Under the pieces are notes generated by a model. The model saw only the letters and a program-made list of their open reading frames with translations, was not told where the DNA came from and did not search any database. Positions 12,070-24,835 of a stretch of 64,000 nt of DNA are shown here, one piece after another (the first letter of the stretch is position 1; every line of letters starts with the position of its first letter). Origin of the DNA: Chiloscyllium plagiosum. Taxonomy: Eukaryota. Position numbers and translations under genes: made by a program. The stretch covers positions 10,948,161-11,012,160 of the forward strand of contig NC_057755.1 of assembly GCF_004010195.1 (NCBI RefSeq). The letters are read 5' to 3'.

Positions 12070-12589
12070 NNNNNNNNNNNNNNNNNNNNNNNNNNNNNNN
12101 NNNNNNNNNNNNNNNNNNNNNNNNNNNNNNNNNNNNNNNNNNNNNNNNNNNNNNNNNNNNNNNNNNNNNNNNNNNNNNNNNNNNNNNNNNNNNNNNNNNN
12201 NNNNNNNNNNNNNNNNNNNNNNNNNNNNNNNNNNNNNNNNNNNNNNNNNNNNNNNNNNNNNNNNNNNNNNNNNNNNNNNNNNNNNNNNNNNNNNNNNNNN
12301 NNNNNNNNNNNNNNNNNNNNNNNNNNNNNNNNNNNNNNNNNNNNNNNNNNNNNNNNNNNNNNNNNNNNNNNNNNNNNNNNNNNNNNNNNNNNNNNNNNNN
12401 NNNNNNNNNNNNNNNNNNNNNNNNNNNNNNNNNNNNNNNNNNNNNNNNNNNNNNNNNNNNNNNNNNNNNNNNNNNNNNNNNNNNNNNNNNNNNNNNNNNN
12501 NNNNNNNNNNNNNNNNNNNNNNNNNNNNNNNNNNNNNNNNNNNNNNNNNNNNNNNNNNNNNNNNNNNNNNNNNNNNNNNNNNNNNNNNN

Positions 12590-12783
12590 TCTCTTTCTCT
12601 CTGTCTCACTCTCTCTATCTGTTTCTTTCTGTCTCTCTCACTTCATCTCTGACTCTCCCTCTCAGTCTCTCTCTCTCTCTGTCTCTCTCTCACTGTCTCC
12701 CTCTCTTTGTCTCTTTCTTTCTTTCTGTCTTTCAGTCTCCCGAGCTCTCTCTGTCTCTGTTTGTCTCTCTCTCTCTCTCTCTG
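12590..12783. repeat. (CT)n-rich low-complexity microsatellite
   Basis: Direct inspection. Confidence 0.9.
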
Positions 12784-13133
12784 TGGTCTGGCCAACCTTT
12801 GAATGTGTTGCGATTTTCTCAAACTTGTCCCTGTTCCCTTCTCTCTGTTTCATGGTTTGGAGTTCAATATTGTTTCACAATGCTCCTGCAAATTGCTTTC
12901 AGATGCTTCGATGTGGAAAATAAAAATTAAAACTGTTGTTGCTAGTTCTGCTGCAGTTTCCATCACACTGTCTTTGTGTCTTTCTCAGGGTTTCTTTCTT
13001 AACTGAGTTCAAAATCTGATATCTCTTCCTAACAATGAATAAAATTTCAACGTTAAATGCTATGGGCAAATTCTGACAACTAAATCTAACCCAAACCTCA
13101 CCAAGCTCACTGAACCTTACTCCTCCCACTATT

Positions 13134-13320
13134 ACATAGAACATAGAACATCGAAGAGTACAGCACAGAACAGGCCCTTCAGCCCACGATGTTGTGCAGA
13201 CCACTGATCCTCATGTCTGCACCCTCAAATTTCTGTGACCATATGCACGTCCAGGAATCTCTTAAATGTCCCCAATGACCTCGCTTCCACAACTGCTTTT
13301 GGCAACGCATTCCATGCTTT
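13134..13320 (-). mobile_element. CR1 LINE 3' tail
   Basis: acatagaacatagaac tail and cagcacagaacaggccc; homologous to 29597-29810. Confidence 0.75.
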
Positions 13321-13322
13321 GT

Positions 13323-13486
13323 GGGCGGCATGGTGGCGCAGTGGTTAGCACTGCTGCCTCACAGCGCCTGAGACCCAGGTTCAATTCCCGCCTCAGGCGA
13401 CTGACTGTGTGGAGTTTGCACATTCTCCCCGTGTCTGCGTGGGTTTCCTCCGGGTGCTCCGGTTTCCTCCCACAGTCCAAAGATGT
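13323..13486 (+). mobile_element. HE1-type V-SINE (tRNA-derived), running into a gap
   Basis: A box tggcgcagtggtt, B box ggttcaattcc, and V-domain tgtgtggagtttgcacattctccccgtgtctgcgtgggtttcctccgg. Confidence 0.9.
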
Positions 13487-14709
13487 NNNNNNNNNNNNNN
13501 NNNNNNNNNNNNNNNNNNNNNNNNNNNNNNNNNNNNNNNNNNNNNNNNNNNNNNNNNNNNNNNNNNNNNNNNNNNNNNNNNNNNNNNNNNNNNNNNNNNN
13601 NNNNNNNNNNNNNNNNNNNNNNNNNNNNNNNNNNNNNNNNNNNNNNNNNNNNNNNNNNNNNNNNNNNNNNNNNNNNNNNNNNNNNNNNNNNNNNNNNNNN
13701 NNNNNNNNNNNNNNNNNNNNNNNNNNNNNNNNNNNNNNNNNNNNNNNNNNNNNNNNNNNNNNNNNNNNNNNNNNNNNNNNNNNNNNNNNNNNACAACTCA
13801 CACTATGGCATAAACTTGATCAAAATTTCAAACTCTTACCCTAGTGTTGAATTTAATCCAAACTTCAAAGTTAATTTCCAGTTGATTGAAAATCCCAGTG
13901 GCATTCTAGCCTGCATTGAAATGAATGTGGGGCATGAGCTGACCCGAAAGCTGACCATCCAGCTGCTGTGAAGTGACCACCTCACATGTCACATGATGCT
14001 GACCAGGTGGACCTGTGTGACCCCAGAGTTATCTCCTCAGAGGTGTTCCGCAGACATCTCGATGTCTCAACCACAACTACAGGGAACGGGCAGGTAAGTG
14101 GGCGTGAAGGAAGGACATTATTTACAGAGATGGACTGGAGAAGGTACTTTTAATTCTCTGGGTGGAGTGAGTTTCGAGAGGAAATTTGATATAGATATTG
14201 AAATTGATAAGACGTATGAGACTGGAGGAGTGGAGATACTGCTCCCATTGGTGGAGTGATCACACACTGGAGGACCCAGCTTGAAGGTAGATGAAGAGAG
14301 AAACAACAACGAAATGATGACAATCTCATTTTCCGCTTTGAATAGTTAGTGTCTGAAATACAACACCTGTCAATGTGCTGCACCGAGATTCATTCATGTC
14401 GTTTGAAATGAAATATTCGAGCGTTTGAAACGATAATATCTGAGGTGAAACTTTGAAATGATGGGATGTGGCTGGATTGTTAATCCCAGGTAATGTTCCT
14501 AGGATCCGGGTTCAAATCCTACCATAATGGAATTGGAATTCAATTTTTAAAAATCTGGAATAAAAACTCTGACGATGACCATGAATCCATTGCCAATTCT
14601 CGGAAAACCCATCTTTGACTGCAGAGCCACAGCATGTGAATGACAATTGACTGCCCTCTGGATAATTAGGGTTGGACAATATATGCTGACCTGGCAGTTT
14701 TGGGTCCAC

Positions 14710-15168
14710 TGTCTCAGGGAGGATGTGTTGGCTCTGGAGCGTGTTGAGAGGAGTTTCACCAGAATGGACCCAGGGAGGTTAGAAGGGTGAGATTGGATCT
14801 GATTGAAACGTACAGTGTCCTGAATGGCCTGGATAGAAGGGACGCAGGGAAGATGTATCTATTGGTAGGACAGACTCAGACCCGAGGGCACAGCCTTAGA
14901 GTGAAGGGATGACCTTATCAAACAGAGATGAAGTGAAGAAATGTCTTCTAACAGAGTGTGGTTAATGTATGGAATTCACTGCTCCCAAGGGCTGTTGAGG
15001 CCAGGTCATTGAGTATATTTAAGATGGAGATAGATCCATTCCTGATTGTCAAGGGGAGAAAGCAGGAGAATGGGGTTGAGAAACATATCACAACCCCTTG
15101 ATTGAACGGTGGAGCAGACTCGATGGGCTGAATAGCCTAATGTTTTCTCCTATGGTCTAATGGTCTTA
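14710..15168 (+). mobile_element. CR1 LINE 3' fragment
   Basis: Remnant of DVLALERV-RSFTRM followed by 3' UTR gagcagactcgatgggctgaatagcct. Confidence 0.75.
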
Positions 15169-16736
15169 AGGAGGCAATTGAAAAATCACCAGAGATAACT
15201 GCCATCTGCTTAGAGATAACAGCTCTCAGTTTTTAGAGAGAGCACCATCTGTTTACCACAGTATCCCAGCACTCCATCTAAATTCCTGACAGAAGAATCT
15301 ACAGAGAAAACATTCCTGATAGAAGGATCAATGGAGAAGACACTGAAAGTTCTGGAAGACACGTAAGCTGCTTGTAATATTGAGAGACTAAATTCTATTG
15401 TTTTGGGAAAGAAGTGGGATTTGTATTTATTGGAACAGCATGCTATTAGAATCGTGCGTTATCCAGGAATAGTTAGCAGTTAGAGGGGAATTGTTCAGTC
15501 TGGTCATAGTTTAGTTAATGTGCTCACCGTTAAAGTTGACAAATAAATTGTTACCTTTGGTTGTAAAGTGAGTGTCAGGGATTTCTTTTCCTTAAAGAAG
15601 AGAAGATTCTGAAAAAAAAAGGTTTATATCCCTCCACACACACTTTTGAAGCGATAATAGCGTGAGGCCCTCCCCTTTGGTGATTAGGTATGAATTCTCG
15701 ATAGATAGATACATTCCTGGTTGTCAAGGGGAGAAAGCAGGAGAATGGGGTTGAGAAACATATCACAACCCCTTGATTGAATGGTGGAGCAGACTCGATG
15801 GGCTGAATAGCCTAATGTTTTCTCCTATGGTCTAATGGTCTTAAGGAGGCAATTGAAAAATCACCAGAGCTAACTGCCATCTGCTTAGAGATAACAGCTC
15901 TCAGTTTTTAGAGAGAGCACCATCTGTTTACCACAGTATCCCAGCACTCCATCTAAATTCCTGACAGAAGAATCTACAGAGAAAACATTCCTGATAGAAG
16001 GATCAATGGAGAAGACACTGAAAGTTCTGGAAGACACGTAAGCTGCTTGTAATATTGAGAGACTAAATTCTATTGTTTTGGGAAAGAAGTGGGATTTGTA
16101 TTTATTGGAACAGCATGCTATTAGAATCGTGCGTTATCCAGGAATAGTTAGCAGTTAGAGGGGAATTGTTCAGTCTGGTCATAGTTTAGTTAATGTGCTC
16201 ACCGTTAAAGTTGACAAATAAATTGTTACCTTTGGTTGTAAAGTGAGTGTCAGGGATTTCTTTTCCTTAAAGAAGAGAAGATTCTGAAAAAAAAAGGTTT
16301 ATATCCCTCCACACACACTTTTGAAGCGATAATAGCGTGAGGCCCTCCCCTTTGGTGATTAGGTATGAATTCTCGATAGATAGATACATTCCTGGTTGTC
16401 AAGGGGAGAAAGCAGGAGAATGGGGTTGAGAAACATATCACAACCCCTTGATTGAATGGTGGAGCAGACTCGATGGGCTGAATAGCCTAATGTTTTCTCC
16501 TATGGTCTAATGGTCTTAAGGAGGCAATTGAAAAATCACCAGAGCTAACTGCCATCTGCTTAGAGATAACAGCTCTCAGTTTTTAGAGAGAGCACCATCT
16601 GTTTACCACAGTATCCCAGCACTCCATCTAAATTCCTGACAGAAGAATCTACAGAGAAAACATTCCTGATAGAAGGATCAATGGAGAAGACACTGAAAGT
16701 TCTGGAAGACACGTAAGCTGCTTGTAATATTGAGAG
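15037..16736. repeat. 675-bp tandem repeat, about 2.5 copies (CR1 tail plus LTR-like segment)
   Basis: Identical ORFs at 15575-15766 and 16250-16441; units start at about 15037, 15712 and 16387. Confidence 0.95.
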
Positions 16737-18149
16737 TACACCCCCTTTTGGAGACGCAGTTTCGCCTCAAGTCAGTTTTAAATTTGCTGCCCCCTCTCCT
16801 GACCCTGTGACCTCTCATCCCAAAATTCCCACAGGAGGAAGCACCTGCTCCATATCTATTTTGTCCGTGCCTTTTATCATCTTGAAAACCTCAACTTGAT
16901 ATCCCCTCATTGTTGAATAATGACCATAGCTCCCTTGCTGTTAGTGGGGACAAAAAGGACATCTCATTCACCAATGTGCTTCAGGGAAGGAAGTCTGCTG
17001 TCTTTAGCTGGTCAGGTCTACATATGATGCCAACAAACAGGCAGAGCTAACATATTTTGGAGATAGGCAAGTCAAGGTTCTTTATTACTCAAGGGTGCTT
17101 TCTGTCAGTTACACAATCATCAAAACATGTCAATTATGTTAGCTTCATTTCCCATTTACCAATCCCCGTGCCTCAATGGGGATCAATGCATTTCCCGTTT
17201 TCATCAGCTTCCAGCCGATTTCCAGCCCTGACCCAGGTTTCTGGTTATTTAGAATGCTGGGTCGATCTCCTAAAACAAGATGCATTTTATCTTCAATTAA
17301 ACAAGGAACCGTGGATGCTAGAAACCTGATGCAAAGAAACAGAAACTGCTGGAGAAACTCGGCAGGTCTGGCAGCATCTGTGGAGAGAAATCAGAGTTAC
17401 CATCACGAGTCCAACTGACCTTTCTTCGGAACAGGTTCCCAGTTTCTCCAGCAACCTCTTTGTTTGCATTTTTCCCTCAACTTGTGTCACTTTCGAATTG
17501 ATCACCCTGTCCGCTTCCCAATTTCCAGAACCGAATGAACATTCCAGATGTCCTTCAGTGCCCGTAGTGTTTGGTGAAGGGGTAAATGTAGGCGAATGGG
17601 TCTGGGTGGGTTGCTCTTCGGTGGGTAGGTGCCGAAGGGCCTGTTTCCACACTGTAAGTAATCTAAACTAATGAACAGAGAGCACATGAGGAAAGTTTTT
17701 TTCCACAGAGTGCGGTCGGTGTCTGGAATTCACTGCCTGAGTTAATGGTGGAGGCAGAGACCCGAAACTCTTTTAAATAGTACCTGGATCCGCAGCTTAA
17801 GTGTTGTAAGCTGCAGGGTGATGGGGCAGGAAGATGGGATTTGAAAGGGCATCTGGGTGCCTTTGGGTCAGCGTGGGCAAGATGGGCCAAATAAGACCTT
17901 TCTCTTCTGTATCATGTCTATTGGTCTATGGAATGCGCTTGGAGTACCAGATGTTATAAATTACTGAAAAGGAGCAGGAACTTCCAAAGTTTTCACTGAT
18001 CGTTCACAGTTCTGGGGTGCAAGAAAGTGGGCTTTGAAGGGAAAGACCAATTTACTCTGAATGAGAAAGGTGCTTGCTTTGTCACTTGGCTATATGGAAA
18101 ATGCTGCATATAAAAGTGACGTTGCTGTAATCCTACTTTTTAGAAAGAG

Positions 18150-18306
18150 AGGGAGGTACAACTGATGGTGGTTTAACCTGAGGGGCACCATGTTTCAGGT
18201 GGAAACAAAGACTTTCATGGCGATCTCTGCCAGTGCAGGGATTGAACTGGCACTGGTGGCATTTCCCTGCATTGCAATGCAACCACCCAACCAACTGAGC
18301 TAACCA
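18150..18306 (-). mobile_element. Degenerate tRNA-derived SINE
   Basis: Minus strand begins ggttagctcagttggttggg and has a gttcaatccc B-box-like motif. Confidence 0.55.
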
Positions 18307-19755
18307 ACTCCTCCAGAGGTACCAGCAGACCCAGGGCTGTGCCAGTTGTGGGGGTCTGTGCATGTTTTGTACGTTTTTCACAGAGAAATTGTCATGGGGA
18401 CTCACATTTACTGCCTCAATTCCCATGGGAACTCATTGACCAACCACCACAGCCTTCCCTGGACTGGTTTTAATGAGCTAGTTCTGTCTGACAGTTGGTA
18501 AATCCAACTGGATCTCCATTCCAACAAAACAAATCCACGTCATCTCCCTGTGCTGCAGTACACGTTCCCACAGGATATGGACAGAGTTTCCAAGCAATCA
18601 ACAAGATCCTGGATAGTGGAGGACAAGTGAACTCTCCAGGATTTTCCCAACAGTAAATGTTAATGAAGATTTAGGGCGTAGCTCTGGGAATTGATCACGA
18701 GGGTGTTTGACAGGGTTTCAAATGGTGATAACTCAGAAAGCATCATCAGGACTCTTAATGTGTTCCAAGTCACTAGGAACATGAAAGAAAAGGCAATTAA
18801 AACTACTGATTGTAAACAAAACATAGGTGGGAGAACATAGGAGTTTTGAATCATATATGATTCAGTGGATTAAAGTGTTATAAATGCATGTAAATTATGC
18901 TCCAATGCAATGATGTGTGATAAATGATTATATATTATAATAAAGCATGGGCTAAGTGCTGGCAAATGGGACAAGATTAGTTTGGGATATTGGGTCGGCA
19001 TGGATGTTTTGTCCATCTCTATGACTGTACGGTTGACTCTAATCTGCCCGCTGGGCAATTGGGGATGAGCAATAAATGCTGGCTTAGCCTTCATCATGTG
19101 ACTGAATTAAAAAAATATATAATGATAGATGATGACTGGGATTGGAAACAATGTCACAGGGATTTTACAAGTATGGGAAGATTATAATGTACAGCAAATT
19201 GTTATAGACAAATTTGAAGTGTTATAATGGATTAGATGTTGATGTGAAGTATTAATGGTTATGAAGGTTTACATTGGACTAAATGGTTTACAGATTACTA
19301 AAAAGGATTACATAACAACATATAGTCTTTGAATAGTTGTGAGATTATTAATCGAGTGCATAACATGACAAAATCAACCAAGCTCCGTAAGACGACAAGA
19401 AATAGGAAAAGGAGTAGGCTGATTGTCCCTCCAGCCTGCTCCTCCCTTCATTTGGACTATGTGGGAAAAGTACTACAAAGAGTTTTAAAAGATAATGAAT
19501 AGTTATATAATGTTATAGATTCTTGCAAGCATTGTCAGGTATTGCAAAGGATCACAAGAAGTTAGAAAAAAAACTAAGTGTGATATATGTTTACAAACTT
19601 TCTGAAAACCTTGCAGAGGGTCATGAATACATTAAAGAAAAACTTGGACACTATTGCGAAGAGCATAACAAATCCCGAATGGATTGGAAATAATCATAAA
19701 CACAGTCTGCCACAAAGTTTGGCTGTGTCAATTCCTTGTGAAAACATACAGAGGA

Positions 19756-20552
19756 TCGTTGTTGTGGTTCTGTTCGTCGAGCTGGAAGTTTTTGTTGCAA
19801 ACATTTCGTCCCCTGGCTAGGCGACATCATCAGTGTTTGGGAGCCTCCTGCGAAGCGCTTCTTTGATGTTTCCTCCGGTGTTTATAGTGGTCTGTCCCTG
19901 CCGCTTCCGGTTGTCAGTTTCAGCTGTCCGCTGTAGTGGTTGGTATATTGGGTCCAGGTCGATGTGTTTGTTGATGGAGTTTGTGGATGAATACCATGCC
20001 TCTAGGAATTCCCTGGCTGTTCTCTGTCTGGCTTGCCCTATAATGGTAGTGTTGTCCCAGTCGAATTCATGCAAGGACTGCACAAAACACTACATAGGAC
20101 AAACAGGAAGACAGCTAACAATCCACATACATGAACATCAACTAGCCACGAAAACGACACGACCAGCTATCCTGAGTAGCCACACACGCAGACAACAAGC
20201 AACATGAATTCGACTGGGACAACACCACTATCATAGGGCAAGCCAGACAGAGAACAGCCAGGGAATTCCTAAAGGCATGGCATTCATCCACAAACTCCAT
20301 CAACAAACACATCGACCTGGACCCAATAAACCAACCACTACAGCGGACAGCTGAAACTGACAACCAGAAGCGGCAGGGACAGACCACTATAAACACCGGA
20401 GGAAACACCAAAGAAGCGCTTCGCAGGAGGCTCCCAAGCACTGATGATGTCGCCTAGCCAGGGGACGAAACGTTTGCAACAAAAACTTCCAGCTCGGCGA
20501 ACAGAACCACAACAACGAGCACCCGAGCTACAAATCTTCGCACAAACTTTCG
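19756..20552. mobile_element. Penelope-like retroelement insertion: GIY-YIG endonuclease 3' end with inverted 316-bp pseudo-LTR copy
   Basis: Encodes CKDCTKHYIGQTGRQLTIHIHEH...FDWDNTTIIG..REFLEAW..SINKHIDLDPIY. Arms are 19756-20071 and 20203-20518. Target-site duplication atacagaggatc at 19746-19757 and 20553-20564. Confidence 0.92.
20438..20477 (+). ncRNA. Minimal type I hammerhead ribozyme motif (antisense twin at about 19797-19836)
   Basis: gca-CTGATGA-t-gtcgcct-agcc-aggggac-GAAA-cgtt-tgc: core, stem II and stem I are present, with the short palindromic stem III typical of Penelope hammerheads. Confidence 0.75.
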
Positions 20553-21856
20553 ATACAGAGGATCACAGGAACAGTTATGCTGGAGGAAAAACTCCTCAGG
20601 AATGTAGATGTGATATCTGCTGTATGACACACATCTGCACAGGTACACGAGGAGAACGAGACACATTTCGGACACTTTACTGAATACACTGGGGGGATCT
20701 GATGGTTTGTGGTGAAAACAGCGTTTAGTGTCTGTCCCTTTCTTTCCACTAGATGGTAGCGGTGAGCCATTTCCTCAACAATTACAATGGAAATAGTCTG
20801 ACTGAAATTCTCTTGACACATTCCTGTGCACTGTACTGAATAAATCCAGTCTTTCCACCCTTTCTAATTCTGCAATAGCAAACATTGGGCAGGACTGATC
20901 AACAAGTGACTGTGGGGAGCTACAGAGAGTTGGAGATTCATCTTCCCCAAGTACTTGTGATGATCGATGTTGCAAAGATAAGACGAGTAAGATCAGAGAA
21001 CCAAAGACCAACAAGTGGCTACTCTAGAGGGACATTTGTGGGATTGGGACCACAATCATTCCACAGGCTGCAATCCTTCTCTGTTTATTGTTCCCTACAA
21101 GGTAGATGCCACTGGCTCAGCCGATATTTATTGCCAATCTTTATGTGTCTTTGGAAGGGCAGTGGTGAACCACCTGCTTGAACCAGTGAACTAGGTCAAT
21201 GGGCAAAACGATGACAGATGGAGTTCAATAGAAGAGAGTGTGGACTGAGATAGGATAGATAAGGACACTTTTTAGATGGTATGAAATTAACTTTAGTGGC
21301 TGCATAAACAGGGGCGAGTTTCGGGTAGATAGATCTTCGACCTCGCGCTGTGGAAATTTGTGCTGTAGAAGATCGCTATAGAAAATCTTTATACCTGCTC
21401 AGTAGAAATGTTTCAGAATTCGTCAATCGCGTTGCAGTCAATTCACACTGACAAAGGCACGCATTGCAGCAGGATACGCTGTAGATTTTTGGAATACACA
21501 TCCACAAACAGCAGTGGATGCTCCATCAGTTGCTAATTCTAAATCTGAGAAAGATAGAGTTTGTGTTAAACAAAGGTATTAAGAGGGAGAGGCCAAGGGC
21601 AGGGATATGGAATTCGGCCACTAATCAGCCATGCTCTCATTGAATAGCAGTAGAGACTCGAGGGGCCGAATTGTCTCATCATGCCCCTATGTTGCTAACT
21701 CCCTGTACACCCATCAGACTGTTGGAATGGGCTTCACAATTTATATCCAGGGTAAATGAGGGATTGGCGATCTGACTGGACCCGGGGTGAACAGAAATAT
21801 AATCTGATTTAAACAGGATGGTGCATGTCAAAGACTGAGGATTGGGCTTGGGGAGA

Positions 21857-22021
21857 TCAGAGCTGAAAAATGTGTTGCTGGAAAAATGTGTTCCTGAAGA
21901 ATGGCTTATGCCTGAAACGTCGATTCTCCTGCTCCTTGCATGCTGCTTGACCTGCTGTGTTTTTCCAGCAACACATTTTTCAGCTCTGATCTCCAGCATC
22001 TGCAGTCCTCACTTTCTCCTC
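21857..22021. mobile_element. Short fold-back Penelope-derived element with hammerhead core
   Basis: CTGAAGA at 21894-21900 and GAAACGTC at 21914-21921; inverted arms aaaaatgtgttgctggaaaa / ttttccagcaacacattttt; flanking duplication cttggggaga. Confidence 0.75.
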
Positions 22022-22571
22022 CTTGGGGAGAGAAGGCAGGGATAATTTAGCTTCACTGCAGACAGATATGCNNNNNNNNNNNNNNNNNNNNNNNNNNNNN
22101 NNNNNNNNNNNNNNNNNNNNNNNNNNNNNNNNNNNNNNNNNNNNNNNNNNNNNNNNNNNNNNNNNNNNNNNNNNNNNNNNNNNNNNNNNNNNNNNNNNNN
22201 NNNNNNNNNNNNNNNNNNNNNNNNNNNNNNNNNNNNNNNNNNNNNNNNNNNNNNNNNNNNNNNNNNNNNNNNNNNNNNNNNNNNNNNNNNNNNNNNNNNN
22301 NNNNNNNNNNNNNNNNNNNNNNNNNNNNNNNNNNNNNNNNNNNNNNNNNNNNNNNNNNNNNNNNNNNNNNNNNNNNNNNNNNNNNNNNNNNNNNNNNNNN
22401 NNNNNNNNNNNNNNNNNNNNNNNNNNNNNNNNNNNNNNNNNNNNNNNNNNNNNNNNNNNNNNNNNNNNNNNNNNNNNNNNNNNNNNNNNNNNNNNNNNNN
22501 NNNNNNNNNNNNNNNNNNNNNNNNNNNNNNNNNNNNNNNNNNNNNNNNNNNNNNNNNNNNNNNNNNNNNNN

Positions 22572-23128
22572 GAGATGAGGTTAGGTCCCATGAGTTACGA
22601 AGTTTGGGTAGGTCAGGCGGTCCTGGACAAGCATGTAGATCATATGAAAGCGATTACATTGCAAACAGGGCAGCAGCCAAATATACCTGCCCTCTCGGAA
22701 CAGCCAGAAAGGCTGTCCCAAACTGTGGGTCATCCACCTCAGTCGAGCGTCGAAGAAACCTGAAGAAAAGGATGAATCTCTCCCGAGCTGCAGGTGGAAG
22801 AGGTTGGTTATGGTCCAGCACATGTCACCCATGACCGAGTCAGAGTCAGAGGAAACAGACTTGGGGTGGAAATGCCCAGGGAGGAGTTCCAAGATAAAGA
22901 GCGGGCTTACATCCCTAGACTTGATGGGGAAGTAATATCATCATTGGAACAAGGGACCATGAGATCCTTGGCTGGGGTTGTCAACCTGGACCAATCATGG
23001 AGCTCTGACTGACAAAGATAAACTGAAGATTGTCTCTGCCGTGTGCCTATCTCTCTTCTGTAATGATGCTCGTAGCTGGGTCCTTGGAGAGGGAGCATGT
23101 TGTCTCCAGCAATGCTGACCATCTCTGC
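22572..23128 (+). mobile_element. Gypsy LTR retrotransposon 3' end and partial 3' LTR
   Basis: Post-integrase GPMSYEVWVGQAVLDKHVDHMK, purine tract, then LTR start; homologous to 32700-33265. Confidence 0.75.
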
Positions 23129-23131
23129 AGG

Positions 23132-23999
23132 AATACCTTATTCTGTTGATTAACTTCTCACTGAATTGAGTTTGTGTTAGAATGTATACGCAGCTGTTCG
23201 TGCACAAACTCAAAAGTGTAGCATGAATCCAATTTCTTAAAAGACAAATATTGAAATTTTCAAGGTTCTGTCCTTATAATTATAGTTTACTGCTCGCCGG
23301 ACTAAAACTGTATGACAAGTGGTGTCAACAACAGCATAAATTTAGCAGAAAATGCAAAGAGCAAGATGGTAGATTTTCTCCAGGTGATTACCTGTGATTC
23401 AGTATTATTTTCTTCATTTCCGTGCATCTGGAAGCAAGAGCGGATATGGTTGGCTCTTACAATATGCTTGACTGTCAGAGCATTGAATATCAAAATCGAT
23501 ACAATTGGAAGTAATGTTATCATTATAATGTTAATCAATACATTCTCTTTCCAAAAAATGATGAGTAATAATCTGATATTATGATGCAAAACCAGAGCAC
23601 ATTATCAATAACAACTGAAGGAGTAAATACAAAGTACCAAATGATTGAAGGCTAATAGCTGACCACACTCACAGTTGCTATCACCGCAAATGCAGTTCCC
23701 GTATTACAATATCTTGCTCTCAGCTTCTGGCAACAAACTGCTACAAACTGATCAAAAGTGAAAGCAACTGTGAACCAAATCGATCGCTCCAAGTCTGCAA
23801 CATAGAAACCAGCTCTCAAGGCAAACAGGAGTAATGGATAAGAAAGTAACTGGAAAATACAGACTGTTAATTAAGTCCAGTAAGACATTAAGTATGACGA
23901 AAAGTAGATCTGCTGTAGACATTGCCAACAAATAGTGAGAGATGCATTTGGAGAGCCCAATAGTGCCTCTATTCACGCTCACAATTCCCACTAAATTAA
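23132..23999 (-). pseudogene. GPR139/GPR142-like GPCR pseudogene 1, exon 2
   Basis: Acceptor ttttacttgcag precedes NLVGIVSVNRGTIGLSKCISHYLLAMSTADLL...WFTVAFTFDQFVAVCCQKLRARYC...TNSCVYILTQTQF. Frameshift near 23820, in-frame TAG near 23656, and further lesions. Confidence 0.92.
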
Positions 24000-24411
24000 C
24001 TGCAAGTAAAATAAAGAAAGGGACGCTCCTTCATGGCTGGGGTCACAGCAANNNNNNNNNNNNNNNNNNNNNNNNNNNNNNNNNNNNNNNNNNNNNNNNN
24101 NNNNNNNNNNNNNNNNNNNNNNNNNNNNNNNNNNNNNNNNNNNNNNNNNNNNNNNNNNNNNNNNNNNNNNNNNNNNNNNNNNNNNNNNNNNNNNNNNNNN
24201 NNNNNNNNNNNNNNNNNNNNNNNNNNNNNNNNNNNNNNNNNNNNNNNNNNNNNNNNNNNNNNNNNNNNNNNNNNNNNNNNNNNNNNNNNNNNNNNNNNNN
24301 NNNNNNNNNNNNNNNNNNNNNNNNNNNNNNNNNNNNNNNNNNNNNNNNNNNNNNNNNNNNNNNNNNNNNNNNNNNNNNNNNNNNNNNNNNNNNNNNNNNN
24401 NNNNNNNNNNN

Positions 24412-24835
24412 AGCTTTTCTCTGGTTTTCTTTGCTTCGAACAGACTGTCAGTGGTGAACCTGCTGGGCCAAAAGAAACAGATTAAGGCTGATCCGCCTCG
24501 CTCTCCGGCATCTCTCCTGTGACACCCTGGATTTGATTTTAGCTTTTGTGCCAAAGGGTGTTTATTAGGATTGTTGCAAGTATTTACAGCAGCAACGGTA
24601 ATTCAGGACAACTGTTGGGTCTTCAGAATGGATTACATTATTCTCTATTCTGTTCCCTTTTGTTTGTATTTCATCAGATAATCTTGCAAATCAATTCTGT
24701 TTTGTTTAAAACTAAGTAGTTGGGCCAGCTGCATCACAACTGGAATATTCACTTGACAGTTTAAAGGATTAGCAAATTTAGGGTCTGGGCTACTTTCTTG
24801 AAATGCTTTGAGGAGTTCTGGCCTGGTGCATAATG
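24412..24835 (+). mobile_element. Partial LTR of the Gmr1-like Gypsy family, inside the pseudogene 1 intron
   Basis: Reverse complement is similar to LTR starts at 44943 and 49361 (ttatg.accaggccaga...catttcaagaaagtagcccagaccctaa). Confidence 0.75.

Noticed and set aside
13323..13395. tRNA gene
   Set aside because: The A/B boxes belong to a SINE head that continues into the V-domain.
18440..18780. Possible LRR-CT/Ig-like exon on the minus strand (EFTCPPL...GDDVDLFC)
   Set aside because: Similarity too weak, with stops and no consistent splice frame.
18840..19640. AT-rich tract with recurring ttata/gatt words
   Set aside because: No definable period; treated as decayed low-complexity sequence.
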